Virus record (IMG/VR): IMGVR_UViG_3300008262_000233
Source of the DNA: an uncultured virus (IMG/VR IMGVR_UViG_3300008262_000233)
Taxonomy: Duplodnaviria > Heunggongvirae > Uroviricota > Caudoviricetes
Length of the DNA: 64,000 nt
Reading direction: 5' to 3' (one strand)
Within the stretch, counting starts at the first letter, position 1, and each line of letters begins with the position of its first letter. This document shows, piece after piece, positions 9,741 through 19,579 of this stretch. The translations under genes and the position numbers were made by a program. The notes below the pieces were generated by a model. That model was given only the letters and a program-made list of their open reading frames with translations, did no database searches and had not been told where the DNA came from.

Positions 9741-10651
9741 AAACAGCTTAGATATCTATCTCCTCTATCACATAGAATAGTAACTACAATACCACTTGGA
9801 TTATATTCTTCGACAAATCTTTCACTAGCTAAAACGTTTGCACCACTTGATATTCCAACAAAAAGACCAAGTTCTTTTGTAAGTTCAATAGCTCTTTTCT
9901 TAGAATCTTCCGTAGATACTGTATAGATTTTATCTACTTTTTCAAGATCAACTAGAAATTTAGAACCATCACCGATACCTTGTATTCCATGTAGGCCTGG
10001 TTCACCACCTGACATTACTGGTGATTCTAGAGGTTCTACCGCTATTATTTTAGTTTTTGGCGATTCTTTTGAAAATCTTTTTTGACATCCCATAATTGTA
10101 CCACCTGTTCCAGTTCCACTTACAAAGGCGGATAGTTCTTTACCTCTAGTTTGATTTAAAATTTCAACAGATGTTCCCTCAAAATGAGCTTTGATGTTTA
10201 GACTATTATTAAATTGATTTGTATTGAACCACCCATTTTTTTCACATAAATTATCTCTTAATTTAATTGCTCCATCAAAATCACCGGCTTCAACTTCAAT
10301 TAGTTCTGCACCGTAATATTTTAATATTTGTTTTCTTTCAACTGACATATTACTTGGCATAATTATTTTAATTTTATACCCTCTTTCGGCTGCTAACCAT
10401 GCTAATGATATTCCAGCATTGCCAGAAGTAGCTTCGACAATAGTATCACCTTTTCTTAAAATTCTTTTTTCTTCAGCATTATTAATGATAAATGTTGCCA
10501 TTCTGTCTTTAAGTGATCCACTTGGATTCAAAAGTTCAGCTTTGGCCCAGATTTTATCACTAATTTGAATAAGTGGTGTATTACCTACATTATTGGATAG
10601 TAGTACTTTAGATTCGACTAAACTATTTATCATACTTATTGACCATTCCAA
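9737..10651 (-). CDS. cysK: Cysteine synthase (O-acetylserine sulfhydrylase, PLP-dependent)
   Basis: GNTPL, KAELLNPSGSLKDR (PLP lysine), EATSGN, GTGTGGT, HGIQGIG, GISSGA, DRGDRYLS. Confidence 0.93.
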   Translation of the reverse strand: MEWSISMINSLVESKVLLSNNVGNTPLIQISDKIWAKAELLNPSGSLKDRMATFIINNAEEKRILRKGDTIVEATSGNAGISLAWLAAERGYKIKIIMPSNMSVERKQILKYYGAELIEVEAGDFDGAIKLRDNLCEKNGWFNTNQFNNSLNIKAHFEGTSVEILNQTRGKELSAFVSGTGTGGTIMGCQKRFSKESPKTKIIAVEPLESPVMSGGEPGLHGIQGIGDGSKFLVDLEKVDKIYTVSTEDSKKRAIELTKELGLFVGISSGANVLASERFVEEYNPSGIVVTILCDRGDRYLSCF

Positions 10652-11384
10652 TTTTAGGCAGAGACATGTTACAGTGTTTTCTTAGATCGTCTACACTAAG
10701 TACTACAAGATTATTTAACAATTGAAGATTTCTTTGATACGGTGCTGGGTCTGGTGCTCCTCTTTCGTGCCACAGATGAAAACAAGTTGTTCCGGACTGC
10801 TCATGCCAATTAAGTAACATTTTTGATTTATGTGATTGAAAATCGTCTTCTCCTCCCCAACCTATAAATTCTTCACACCATCCACCAATTTTATAAATTG
10901 CATCCTTTCTATACATAATTATACCACCTGCAAGGCAAATTTTCTGAATATCAGTTTCTCCCCTACCTGGTCTATTGATATTTTGAAGAACTGATAAAGG
11001 TAGATTTATTTCATTTGGCTCTAAATCTATTACTCTTGAATATGGAGAAACACATTCGTAACTTTCAAGAAGCTTTAAAGAATCAATCATTTTTTGAGGA
11101 TCTAATATGAGATCACAGTCACCAAAAACTATAACTGAACTAGTAGCATATTTTAAACCAACATTGAATGCCCAGGCTTTGTTGAATGGCATTTCAGAAT
11201 ATGTGTATATGTATTTGAACCCCTTCAGTGAAAGTCCTGGTAGTACAGATTTTTTATCTTGTTCTACAATTATAATTTCTACACCACCGAATCCAGAGAC
11301 CCATTCTAAAACTCTTTTAAGATTTGTTAGTCTATCTGGTCGGTGTTTATAAGCAACTATGAATGAAAAAGTATGAGCACTCAT
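10623..11384 (-). CDS. Glycosyltransferase (GT2/GT7-like)
   Basis: IIVEQ, FNKAWAFNVG, DCD (DxD), GG..E.FIGWGGEDD, HLWH. Confidence 0.85.
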   Translation of the reverse strand: MSAHTFSFIVAYKHRPDRLTNLKRVLEWVSGFGGVEIIIVEQDKKSVLPGLSLKGFKYIYTYSEMPFNKAWAFNVGLKYATSSVIVFGDCDLILDPQKMIDSLKLLESYECVSPYSRVIDLEPNEINLPLSVLQNINRPGRGETDIQKICLAGGIIMYRKDAIYKIGGWCEEFIGWGGEDDFQSHKSKMLLNWHEQSGTTCFHLWHERGAPDPAPYQRNLQLLNNLVVLSVDDLRKHCNMSLPKIGMVNKYDK

Positions 11385-11468
11385 TTAAATTTAGTATTTT
11401 TTAATTTATATTTTATAATCTTTTAAAGGTTTGTAAATTCAAAGATATTTTACTATATTTACTAAAGT

Positions 11469-12521
11469 ATGGATATTAAAAACAAATTTTTAGAACTAAC
11501 TAAACTCACCTACATCTACGGTACAGAACACTTACTTGAAAATCACTTACCTTCTGGATTTGAAAGGGATCAATTTGGTAACTATTTTTATAAAATTGGT
11601 GACTCTCAAACTATGTTTACCTGCCATTTAGATACCGCAACTGATAAAGTGCAAAAAGTAAAACATGTTATTAAAGGTAATATAATTTCAACTGACGGTT
11701 CCACAATTTTAGGAGCAGATGATAAGGCCGGAATGACTGTACTTCTTTATATGATCGAAAAGAATGTACCAGGACTTTATTATTTTTTTGTGGGTGAAGA
11801 GGTAGGTTGTATTGGTTCAAACGCTGCATCTGCAATGGACTTCTCCTCATATAAGAGGTGCATATCATTTGATAGAAGAGGATATTCATCAATCATAACA
11901 CATCAACTTGGTGGAAGATGTTGTTCTGATATTTTTGCCAATTCTATTTGTAAAGAATTAAAACCTTATAATTTATTTTATGAGCCAGACCCGACTGGAG
12001 TCGTGACAGATTCTGCTATGTTTACTAATCAAATTTCAGAATGTACTAATATCTCAGTTGGATATTTTAAAGAACACACAAAGTCCGAATATCAAGATAT
12101 TCTTTATTTGAGAAAACTCGCACAGGCTTGTGTGGAAGTTGACTGGGAATCACTTCCTTCATTAAGAGAACCTAAAATTAAAGAAGACTTTAGGTCTTGG
12201 GGACCTGCAGATGAAGAATTTATTGAAGAAGAGATAGAAGAATCTGCTAAAATTAAAGTCACAATAAATGACGTAGAGTATCTTGCCACAATAAAAAGTT
12301 CAAAAGTTAAAGAAGAGAAGTACTTTATAACCAATTGGATCAATAGATCTTCATCATACACTGGGTTCAAAGAAGTTGAATGGGATGGAAAAAGTTGTTA
12401 TCTCCTATATGATAATTCTTACAAAGAGTATATTGGCGAGCGTGAAGAGTTAATTCATGTCATTGATAATTTGTGTGATATTTCAATACACGATTTGAAT
12501 ATTATAAAAAAGTTTAAATGA
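11469..12521 (+). CDS. M20/M28-family zinc peptidase
   Basis: HLDT, GADDKAG, EEVG, FDRRG, NISVGY..EH metal-ligand motifs. Confidence 0.85.
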   Translation: MDIKNKFLELTKLTYIYGTEHLLENHLPSGFERDQFGNYFYKIGDSQTMFTCHLDTATDKVQKVKHVIKGNIISTDGSTILGADDKAGMTVLLYMIEKNVPGLYYFFVGEEVGCIGSNAASAMDFSSYKRCISFDRRGYSSIITHQLGGRCCSDIFANSICKELKPYNLFYEPDPTGVVTDSAMFTNQISECTNISVGYFKEHTKSEYQDILYLRKLAQACVEVDWESLPSLREPKIKEDFRSWGPADEEFIEEEIEESAKIKVTINDVEYLATIKSSKVKEEKYFITNWINRSSSYTGFKEVEWDGKSCYLLYDNSYKEYIGEREELIHVIDNLCDISIHDLNIIKKFK

Positions 12522-12704
12522 TTAACCTAGAATCAAACCAGGATTTTGATATTCTTTTTGAGTTGCAATTTCTAACATCTGAGTTGAGGTGAGTTCTTTT
12601 ACATTCCAACCCTTTTTCTTTGAATATTCACTAATGAACTTTTCTCTTAGTAATAACTTTTCATCATCTGATAAAAAATTATTTTTTAAACCACTTTCGA
12701 TCAT
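12522..12704 (-). CDS. Small hypothetical protein
   Basis: ORF track; TAATATATA at 12723-12731 (minus). Confidence 0.7.
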   Translation of the reverse strand: MIESGLKNNFLSDDEKLLLREKFISEYSKKKGWNVKELTSTQMLEIATQKEYQNPGLILG

Positions 12705-12794
12705 ATTTTCGATAATTTTTTTTATATATTAAAACCTCATTTCCTTTCAAAATTCAACTTTATTTTGATAAAATACTACAATTAAAAATTAAAA

Positions 12795-13139
12795 ATGAAA
12801 ACTTTTAATAAAAAAAACTTTTTACTTAATCAAAATCTAATCTCTAGTCAGAATATTGAGGAAGATGGTGTTACTAAATTATCAAAACTACATCACATTA
12901 AGGAGTGTTTTTTTAATCTTGCAGAAAAGTTAGAAGATAAAAATGAGTTAAAGTCTATTTCTGAAATTGTTACTCAGATAGAATTTCAACTTCAAAACGT
13001 TTGGAAATTCAATCAAGACTCAAGTTATCATAAATTCTGGAAAATCCCAAAATGTAGTTGTCCAAAGATGGATAATGAGGATGTATATGGTACAGGTCAT
13101 CGATATATAAATTCAAATTGCCTTTATCACGGAAATTAA
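12795..13139 (+). CDS. Hypothetical protein with possible Zn site (CSCPKMDN...C..H)
   Basis: Cys/His pattern at the C terminus. Confidence 0.7.
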   Translation: MKTFNKKNFLLNQNLISSQNIEEDGVTKLSKLHHIKECFFNLAEKLEDKNELKSISEIVTQIEFQLQNVWKFNQDSSYHKFWKIPKCSCPKMDNEDVYGTGHRYINSNCLYHGN

Positions 13140-13150
13140 AATTTAAAATT

Positions 13151-13936
13151 ATGCCAGAAGCAGCTGAAATTAGAATTATGTCTGAGTTTGTTACTCAAAA
13201 CTCTACAGGAAAAAACTTTAAGAAACTATATTTTGTAGAAAAGGGAAACATCCCTTTTGATCAAAATTTTGATAGCTTTACTATAGAATGTGATTTCTAC
13301 GGAAAACAAATTCAACTAAATTTAAAAGGTTCTACAGATATGAACATCTCAATCTTTATGGGTATGAGTGGAAACTGGAAATTAGTACCTACTGAACATT
13401 GGAGTGAGACTAAATACATTAGACTTAGAATGGACAGAGAAGATGGAATGAGTATTTTACTTTATGGTGGATATCTTGGTCCCAAATTTAAAGTTGGTGG
13501 ATTCAATACTAAAAGAGGTTTTGATATAGTAAAAGATTTTGATAAATTTAAAGATAACATCGTCAAAAACTTAACAACAAAAGTTTTTGAAAAATCTATT
13601 TGTGAAGTTTTATTAGACCAACGATACTTTGACGGCGTTGGTGCTTATCTATGCTCAGAAATATTAGGTAGGTTAGATATAGATCCTTTTGATAGATTCA
13701 ATACTTTGAGTAAAAGTCAGTTAGAAGAACTTTTCAATATGACAAGATACTGTATAATAGAGGCATATAATTATGGTGGTGGAGAATTAAAAGATTGGCA
13801 AAATCCATTCGGTAACTCGAGACTTGATGATTGGATTCAGTTTTATGGAAACCGTAGAGTTTGTTATAGGCAAGAATTTGGGAAAAGAAATATCTGGATA
13901 CAGAAAAAGTACAAAAAGGTAACAGTATTAAATTAA
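13151..13936 (+). CDS. Fpg/Nei-family DNA glycosylase without zinc finger (start corrected to ATG 13151)
   Basis: N-terminal MPE catalytic motif, GK, MGMSG, H2TH LLDQ..F.GVG.Y..EIL; no C4 finger. Confidence 0.85.
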   Translation: MPEAAEIRIMSEFVTQNSTGKNFKKLYFVEKGNIPFDQNFDSFTIECDFYGKQIQLNLKGSTDMNISIFMGMSGNWKLVPTEHWSETKYIRLRMDREDGMSILLYGGYLGPKFKVGGFNTKRGFDIVKDFDKFKDNIVKNLTTKVFEKSICEVLLDQRYFDGVGAYLCSEILGRLDIDPFDRFNTLSKSQLEELFNMTRYCIIEAYNYGGGELKDWQNPFGNSRLDDWIQFYGNRRVCYRQEFGKRNIWIQKKYKKVTVLN

Positions 13937-13974
13937 ACTTTACTTTAATATACAATTATAAATTGTGGTAGAAT

Positions 13975-14427
13975 ATGGAACTAATTACAACTTATATTTG
14001 TAAAACTTCTGATCTAGGAGTTCATGGAAATATGTTCGGTGGAACAATGGTATCACTAATTGATGACGCTGCTGCTTCTTATGCCTCACAAATTTGTGAT
14101 ACACCAAGAATAGTCACAATTAAAATAGATGAATTAGTTTTCAAAAAACCAGTCAAAGTAGGAAATATCTTAAAAATTTATGGCAAAGTTATAGAATTTG
14201 GAAGAACTTCTGTAACACTTTATGTTGAAGTCAGAAAACATAATGTTTATACTGGAGAACAAGATGTTGCAACTCATACAAATATTAAATTTGTTAAAAT
14301 AGATGATGAGGGTAAAGCTCTCCCGATTCAAAACTATGTCAAGAAAAGATATAAAGATAGAGTTGAGAAATTTGGCAGAGGTCTACTATCTGTTGATGAA
14401 TTAAAATCTAATCAAACAGATATTTAA
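13975..14427 (+). CDS. Hotdog-fold acyl-CoA thioesterase (YciA-like)
   Basis: HGNMFGG..DDAAA..VT..F.KPV.VG...GRTS..FV.ID..GK. Confidence 0.9.
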   Translation: MELITTYICKTSDLGVHGNMFGGTMVSLIDDAAASYASQICDTPRIVTIKIDELVFKKPVKVGNILKIYGKVIEFGRTSVTLYVEVRKHNVYTGEQDVATHTNIKFVKIDDEGKALPIQNYVKKRYKDRVEKFGRGLLSVDELKSNQTDI

Positions 14428-14444
14428 AAAATAATCGTATTTAA

Positions 14445-14945
14445 ATGAAGGAAATAGAAGAAAATGATGATCCAATTTATCTCTTAATTAGGGAACAAGT
14501 CAAGGACATTAGTACTGAAAAGCTTTCTGATCAAGTTGATCAAACACCTAGCTATATAGAAACTGAGAAACAACTAGTTTATATTTGGCTTAGATTGTAT
14601 GTTAAAGATGAAGTTGAAGATATTAAAGAAGGCGACAATATTTATATAACCTATTCAGCGACTGGTGAGAAATTACAGTCAAAGTTTATTTGTTTTGGTA
14701 AGAAAAACTCAATTCGTGACGCTGAGTCAGAAGATCAGATTCAAATGAGTCAAGAAGATGATCCAAAGTGTTTAATACTCATGGTGAATGAAGAAACAAT
14801 TCAGACCGGTGATGATATTCCTTTTATTCGATCACTTTTTAAAATTTCTAGACACTATGAGTTTCAAGTTTATAGAAGAGAAGAGCTAATATTTATAAAT
14901 CAAAGAACTGGTGAGACTATACAGTATTATGATTGTGATTTTTAA
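14445..14945 (+). CDS. Hypothetical protein
   Basis: 166 aa ORF. Confidence 0.72.
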   Translation: MKEIEENDDPIYLLIREQVKDISTEKLSDQVDQTPSYIETEKQLVYIWLRLYVKDEVEDIKEGDNIYITYSATGEKLQSKFICFGKKNSIRDAESEDQIQMSQEDDPKCLILMVNEETIQTGDDIPFIRSLFKISRHYEFQVYRREELIFINQRTGETIQYYDCDF

Positions 14946-15008
14946 CTTAGCTAATTAGAAACTTTCAGAGTTCTATTGACTATACATGAAACAAAAAAGT
15001 AAATCGAA

Positions 15009-16550
15009 GTGCTAGTAGATACTCAATATTTAATCAATACAAGAAAGTTAGTAGTTAGTTATGTTGATAAAACCGGTGATATTAAATTAAAATATTATGA
15101 CTGGCAGAATCCTCTTAAATATGTAACTTGTGAAGATAATGACCTTCAAAGACATCCTGATTTTAAGTCTTGGGATGGAAAAAATGTTAAACAGATCGAA
15201 GTCAATCATCCTGATAGATACGCAGTTTATGAGTTCTTAGATGCTCTGCCGGATAAAGAAAAAGAGGAAATTTTTGAATTCAATCTACCAAAGATTTTTT
15301 TCATAGATATTGAGACTGAGATAATCGATGGATTTCCTGAAGCTGCTGATATCAAAGATCCAAATGGAAATGTCACTAAAGAAGGAGCAGCTACTCAAGT
15401 TCTCTCAATTTCAATTGTATATGACGATAAGATAATTCTTCTTGGATTAAAAGATATGCCTCAAGATATGCAAGATCGTATTTTAAATAATACTAATAAG
15501 TATTTTGAGAAATCTAAAGTTGAATATAAATTCAAATACATCAAATACGAAGATGAATTTGATATGATGTATAATTTCTTTTACAAGATGGTTCCTAAAA
15601 TGCCTCTTATTACAGGTTGGAACTTTTTAAACTATGACTGGCTATACTTAGTAAATAGAGCAAGAAAGATTACAAAGTGGGTTAATGGTAAAGAGATAAA
15701 AATAGACCCCGCAGTATCCTCATTCACCAAAAGAATGAATAAAGTTTGGTCAACTGAGTATGAAGTTCCCGCTCATAGAATGATTTTTGATTACATGCAA
15801 CTTTATGAGATCTGTGATACATCTATTAAAGTTAAAGAAAGTTCTTCGTTGGACTTTGTTTCTAATAAATTAGTTGGAGTGGACAAGATTAAATATACTG
15901 GCTCTCTTCAGAAATTATATGAAGATGACTTTGAGACCTTTATGTACTATAACGCGGTTGACTCTGTTCTTGTTCAGAAAATACATGAGGCTAGAAATTA
16001 TATTTCAATTATTTTCGCGATTTCTGCCCTTGCTAAAATTCGTGTAGTTGATATTGTTTCACAAATGAATAATGCTCTTGGTTCACTTGCCATTACAGAG
16101 GGAGTCTTGAGGAATAGATTCCGTGACATGGAGAATATCATCTTGTTTAAAGATGAAAATGCTGTAAGAGGTAGTGAGTCTGGAATCGCAGGCGGATGGG
16201 TTAAAGATCCAGTTGTTGGAATGAACAAGTGGGTTTGCATCTACGATTTTGCCTCACTTTATCCCACAACTCAGTTACAGTTTTTCATAGCTCCTGAGAC
16301 TTTTGTTGGTGTAAAAACTGATCAGGAAAATGATTACTGTTTTAATGGCAATCAAAGGATCAAAATAGATTCAGAAAAACATGTTGTTTGTGTTAATGGT
16401 GTTGTTTTCGAGAAGAGATATTCACCAACTTTAAAAATGCTTGATGATGTCTATGCAGACAGAAAGAAGAATAAAAAGATTATGATGTCTAAAAAAGAAG
16501 AATATAAGGCAGTCATAGATGAAATAAAAAGATTAGAATCCGAATTATAA
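15009..16550 (+). CDS. Family B DNA polymerase, N-terminal subunit (3'-5' exonuclease plus motif A); split gp43-like
   Basis: ExoI DIET, ExoII GWN...YD, ExoIII YNAVD, motif A DFASLYP; ends in the fingers helix with no KxxxNSxYG or DTDS. Confidence 0.88.
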   Translation: MLVDTQYLINTRKLVVSYVDKTGDIKLKYYDWQNPLKYVTCEDNDLQRHPDFKSWDGKNVKQIEVNHPDRYAVYEFLDALPDKEKEEIFEFNLPKIFFIDIETEIIDGFPEAADIKDPNGNVTKEGAATQVLSISIVYDDKIILLGLKDMPQDMQDRILNNTNKYFEKSKVEYKFKYIKYEDEFDMMYNFFYKMVPKMPLITGWNFLNYDWLYLVNRARKITKWVNGKEIKIDPAVSSFTKRMNKVWSTEYEVPAHRMIFDYMQLYEICDTSIKVKESSSLDFVSNKLVGVDKIKYTGSLQKLYEDDFETFMYYNAVDSVLVQKIHEARNYISIIFAISALAKIRVVDIVSQMNNALGSLAITEGVLRNRFRDMENIILFKDENAVRGSESGIAGGWVKDPVVGMNKWVCIYDFASLYPTTQLQFFIAPETFVGVKTDQENDYCFNGNQRIKIDSEKHVVCVNGVVFEKRYSPTLKMLDDVYADRKKNKKIMMSKKEEYKAVIDEIKRLESEL

Positions 16551-16551
16551 T

Positions 16552-18219
16552 ATGTCACTTAAAAAAGATTTACTTAAATACGACCCTCGTAAAGAACAAC
16601 AAGATTGTTTGGACTTTATTGATTCAGAATATAAAAAAAATAAGGAAAATAAATTTTTCTTATTAAACCTACCTGTTGGGACCGGAAAGTCACATCTGGC
16701 CTTAATGATTGCGGATTGGTATTTGAAAAATGTTAATGGAAATGCTAAATTTGATGTTATTACAAATAGTAAGATATTACAAGATCAATATTCTGGTACC
16801 TATGGTTCAATAAATGATTTAAAGGGTAAAGAAAACTATGAGTGTGAACAATATTCTTGCTCTTGTGCCCAAGGAAATGAATTTAATAGGTTGAATAAGA
16901 CTAGTTGTGAAGCATGTCCTCACTCTTCTGCACGAGACCAGTATTTAAGTGGTAGAATATCCTTAACTAATTTTTATCTTTATATTCTCTATCAACTCTA
17001 TATGACAAAAATGATGGAGGGTAGAGGAGCTAATGTTTTAATAGTTGATGAAAGTCACGAATTTGATGATGTGATGTCGGATTTTATTTCAATAAAAATC
17101 ACAGAATTTGTTATTAAAAAATTGAAGTTTTCTAATGAAGATAAAATACTCAAAGAACTAAAAAGAGTCAGTTCAATTTCTCAATATATTGACTTCCTAA
17201 AAGCACTTCAGGGTGAAATTAATACTACTATTTCCGATATTGAAAAAGAGTTGGGTAGAGAAAAAAGAACAGCTAGATCAGTTAAGCGTGAAAATAGTGT
17301 GAATAAGGTATTGGGTGGGAAAAATTCAGATTTTAAATTGATGCAAATTATAACAGACTTGCAACAATATCAGTCTAAAATAGAAATATTTTTGAAAGAA
17401 TATGCTGCTAATCCAAACAATTGGGTTTTGGAGTCAAATTACAATGAGAAATCAAAGCAAAAAGAATTATCACTAGAACCAATATGGGCTTTTGACTATC
17501 TAGATAAGTATATTTTCTCAAAGTATGACATGGTGTTTCTAATGTCTGGTACTATACTAGATAAAAATCTTTTTTGTATGTTAAATGGATTAGATGTGGA
17601 TAAGGCGGTTTACTACTCTATAGATTCACCATTTCCAGTTAAGAATAGACCAGTTTTTTATATGCCACTTGGTAAGATGTCTTTCAAATCCAAAGAAGAT
17701 ACTTTCAAAAACTATGTTCCGTATATTCAAAAAATACTAAATAAATATCCAGATAAAAAGGGTATTATACATACTAATTCTTTTGAACTTGCGAGTTGGA
17801 TATCTAGAGACTTAAAAGATAGTAGACTTGTTTATCATGATTCATCTAATAAAGATGAAGTTTTACAAAAACACTTTATATCAGAAAAACCAACAGTTTT
17901 AGTAAGTCCGAGTATGGATACTGGGGTAAGTTTCGATGACGATCTGGCCAGATTTCAAATAATTGCCAAAATACCTTATCCTTCTTTAGCATCTCAGAAG
18001 AATAAACTTAGACAGAAGAACAATCCCGAGTGGTATTCATGGAAAACAATTTCCGGTCTGATTCAAATGAGTGGAAGAGCAGTTAGATCGGTAGATGATT
18101 ATGCCGATACTATTATAATTGATGGTTCATTTTCTGATCTTTTGAAGTATTCTGGTCAATATTTCCCGAAGTGGTTTCAAGAGGCAATTAAAAGAATTAA
18201 TGTTAAGATTGGCGCCTAA
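16552..18219 (+). CDS. DinG/XPD-like SF2 helicase
   Basis: PVGTGKS, KGKENYEC plus Cys cluster, DESH, MSGT, GVSF, KIPYP, Q..GR.VRS..D. Confidence 0.88.
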   Translation: MSLKKDLLKYDPRKEQQDCLDFIDSEYKKNKENKFFLLNLPVGTGKSHLALMIADWYLKNVNGNAKFDVITNSKILQDQYSGTYGSINDLKGKENYECEQYSCSCAQGNEFNRLNKTSCEACPHSSARDQYLSGRISLTNFYLYILYQLYMTKMMEGRGANVLIVDESHEFDDVMSDFISIKITEFVIKKLKFSNEDKILKELKRVSSISQYIDFLKALQGEINTTISDIEKELGREKRTARSVKRENSVNKVLGGKNSDFKLMQIITDLQQYQSKIEIFLKEYAANPNNWVLESNYNEKSKQKELSLEPIWAFDYLDKYIFSKYDMVFLMSGTILDKNLFCMLNGLDVDKAVYYSIDSPFPVKNRPVFYMPLGKMSFKSKEDTFKNYVPYIQKILNKYPDKKGIIHTNSFELASWISRDLKDSRLVYHDSSNKDEVLQKHFISEKPTVLVSPSMDTGVSFDDDLARFQIIAKIPYPSLASQKNKLRQKNNPEWYSWKTISGLIQMSGRAVRSVDDYADTIIIDGSFSDLLKYSGQYFPKWFQEAIKRINVKIGA

Positions 18220-18931
18220 CCGCCTCTATACACTTTTCAACTGCTTCAATTCCTCTTTTATCAAAAGAGAAAACCTTTGACTTAGATCTTTTTTGCAGTT
18301 CTGGTTCTAAGAATCTTTCTCTATCCGAATTTGGGATAGACCATAAATTTGCTGCTGCCCATTCATCATCAGTCATTACAACATCGGATATATCAATAGA
18401 TGAATGTATATCATCTAATTCGCCTTTTTCAAAAATTATAATAAATTTGTTTTGCTCTCTATCAACATCTAACTTTATAATAACATCTTCTTCTCGACCT
18501 CTCCCTTTTAGAAAGCTATCTAAATCCGGAATGAAAACTTCTGAATCAAATTCATAAAATTGTAAATTTAAATGTTTTTCCAAATATGTCTTGAATTCTT
18601 CGAATGATTTTACATCTTTGTTAGGATTTACATCTTGATCTTTAAATTTTAACATAAAACTACATCTTGGTCCTCTGTTTTCTGTTCCGGTATAAACATG
18701 AAAATGTTCATTTAGTGAAGTATATCCAAGTAAGATAACTCTATTATTAAGTTCAATAACATCTTTTAGAAAATCTACTTTATTGACATTTTCTCTTATA
18801 AGACCAGATATAGTAACTACACCTTCATAGATGTCACACTCTATCTTTTCGTACCCTTGATCTTTAAAATCTAAAAGAAGGTCTTCAATCTCCTCCTTAT
18901 TTACAGATTCATAGAATTTGAGTAGTTTCAT
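18203..18931 (-). CDS. Hypothetical protein with CTS-like leader (MKLLKFYES)
   Basis: ORF track. Confidence 0.75.
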   Translation of the reverse strand: MKLLKFYESVNKEEIEDLLLDFKDQGYEKIECDIYEGVVTISGLIRENVNKVDFLKDVIELNNRVILLGYTSLNEHFHVYTGTENRGPRCSFMLKFKDQDVNPNKDVKSFEEFKTYLEKHLNLQFYEFDSEVFIPDLDSFLKGRGREEDVIIKLDVDREQNKFIIIFEKGELDDIHSSIDISDVVMTDDEWAAANLWSIPNSDRERFLEPELQKRSKSKVFSFDKRGIEAVEKCIEAVRRQS

Positions 18932-19128
18932 AATTGGTCAATTTTAGATTTTAATTCAGTTGTGTCAATATTTTTAGATTGTAAAAACTCTAGTATCTCT
19001 TCAAATATTTCAATTCTTCTTTCTTTTGAATCCGTTGAAATCAAAATATTTAAAAGCTCATTAATTTCTCGATATTTAAAATTACAAATAAGTTTTAAAA
19101 TATCACTACCGGAATTTTCACAATCCAT
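18928..19128 (-). CDS. Small helical hypothetical protein
   Basis: ORF track; coupled to the downstream gene. Confidence 0.65.
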   Translation of the reverse strand: MDCENSGSDILKLICNFKYREINELLNILISTDSKERRIEIFEEILEFLQSKNIDTTELKSKIDQL

Positions 19129-19133
19129 GAGAG

Positions 19134-19505
19134 TTATCTCTTTTTCTTATCTTCTATTGACTTTTCAATTTTTTTAGCAATAGCCTTTTCCCAACCTTCA
19201 ATCTTTTTATTCTTATTTCTATCCGCTAAATCAGGCCTTTTCAATCCAGATTTTTTATATGAAACAGGTTTATCCTTTTTAGATTCATTACTATCTTCTT
19301 CTTCACGCATCTCATCAGAATCAAGTACTTGTGGTTCTGGTTGAGTAGATGTTTCATCGTTGAATTCACCCTCTAAATCAGAGTCTTTTGTTATTTTTTC
19401 TTCAGGTGATTCAATATTCTCGATTTCATCTAAGTATTCTCTGTCTTTTGGTTGCTCTAGTTCTGGTGATAAGAAAAATGTTTCAAATCTTTTAAGGTGC
19501 CTCAT
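19134..19505 (-). CDS. Acidic/basic low-complexity protein with CTS-like leader (MRHLKRFE)
   Basis: ORF track; TAATATATA at 19532-19540 (minus). Confidence 0.72.
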   Translation of the reverse strand: MRHLKRFETFFLSPELEQPKDREYLDEIENIESPEEKITKDSDLEGEFNDETSTQPEPQVLDSDEMREEEDSNESKKDKPVSYKKSGLKRPDLADRNKNKKIEGWEKAIAKKIEKSIEDKKKR

Positions 19506-19579
19506 ATGGATGGATAATTTTTTTTGTAAATTATATATTAACTGTCTAATTTCAAATCCTCGATTTTATATATAAATAG

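Noticed and set aside
13118..13150. Tracked TTG start of the Fpg/Nei ORF
   Set aside because: The family needs an N-terminal Pro, so the true start is ATG 13151 (MPE).
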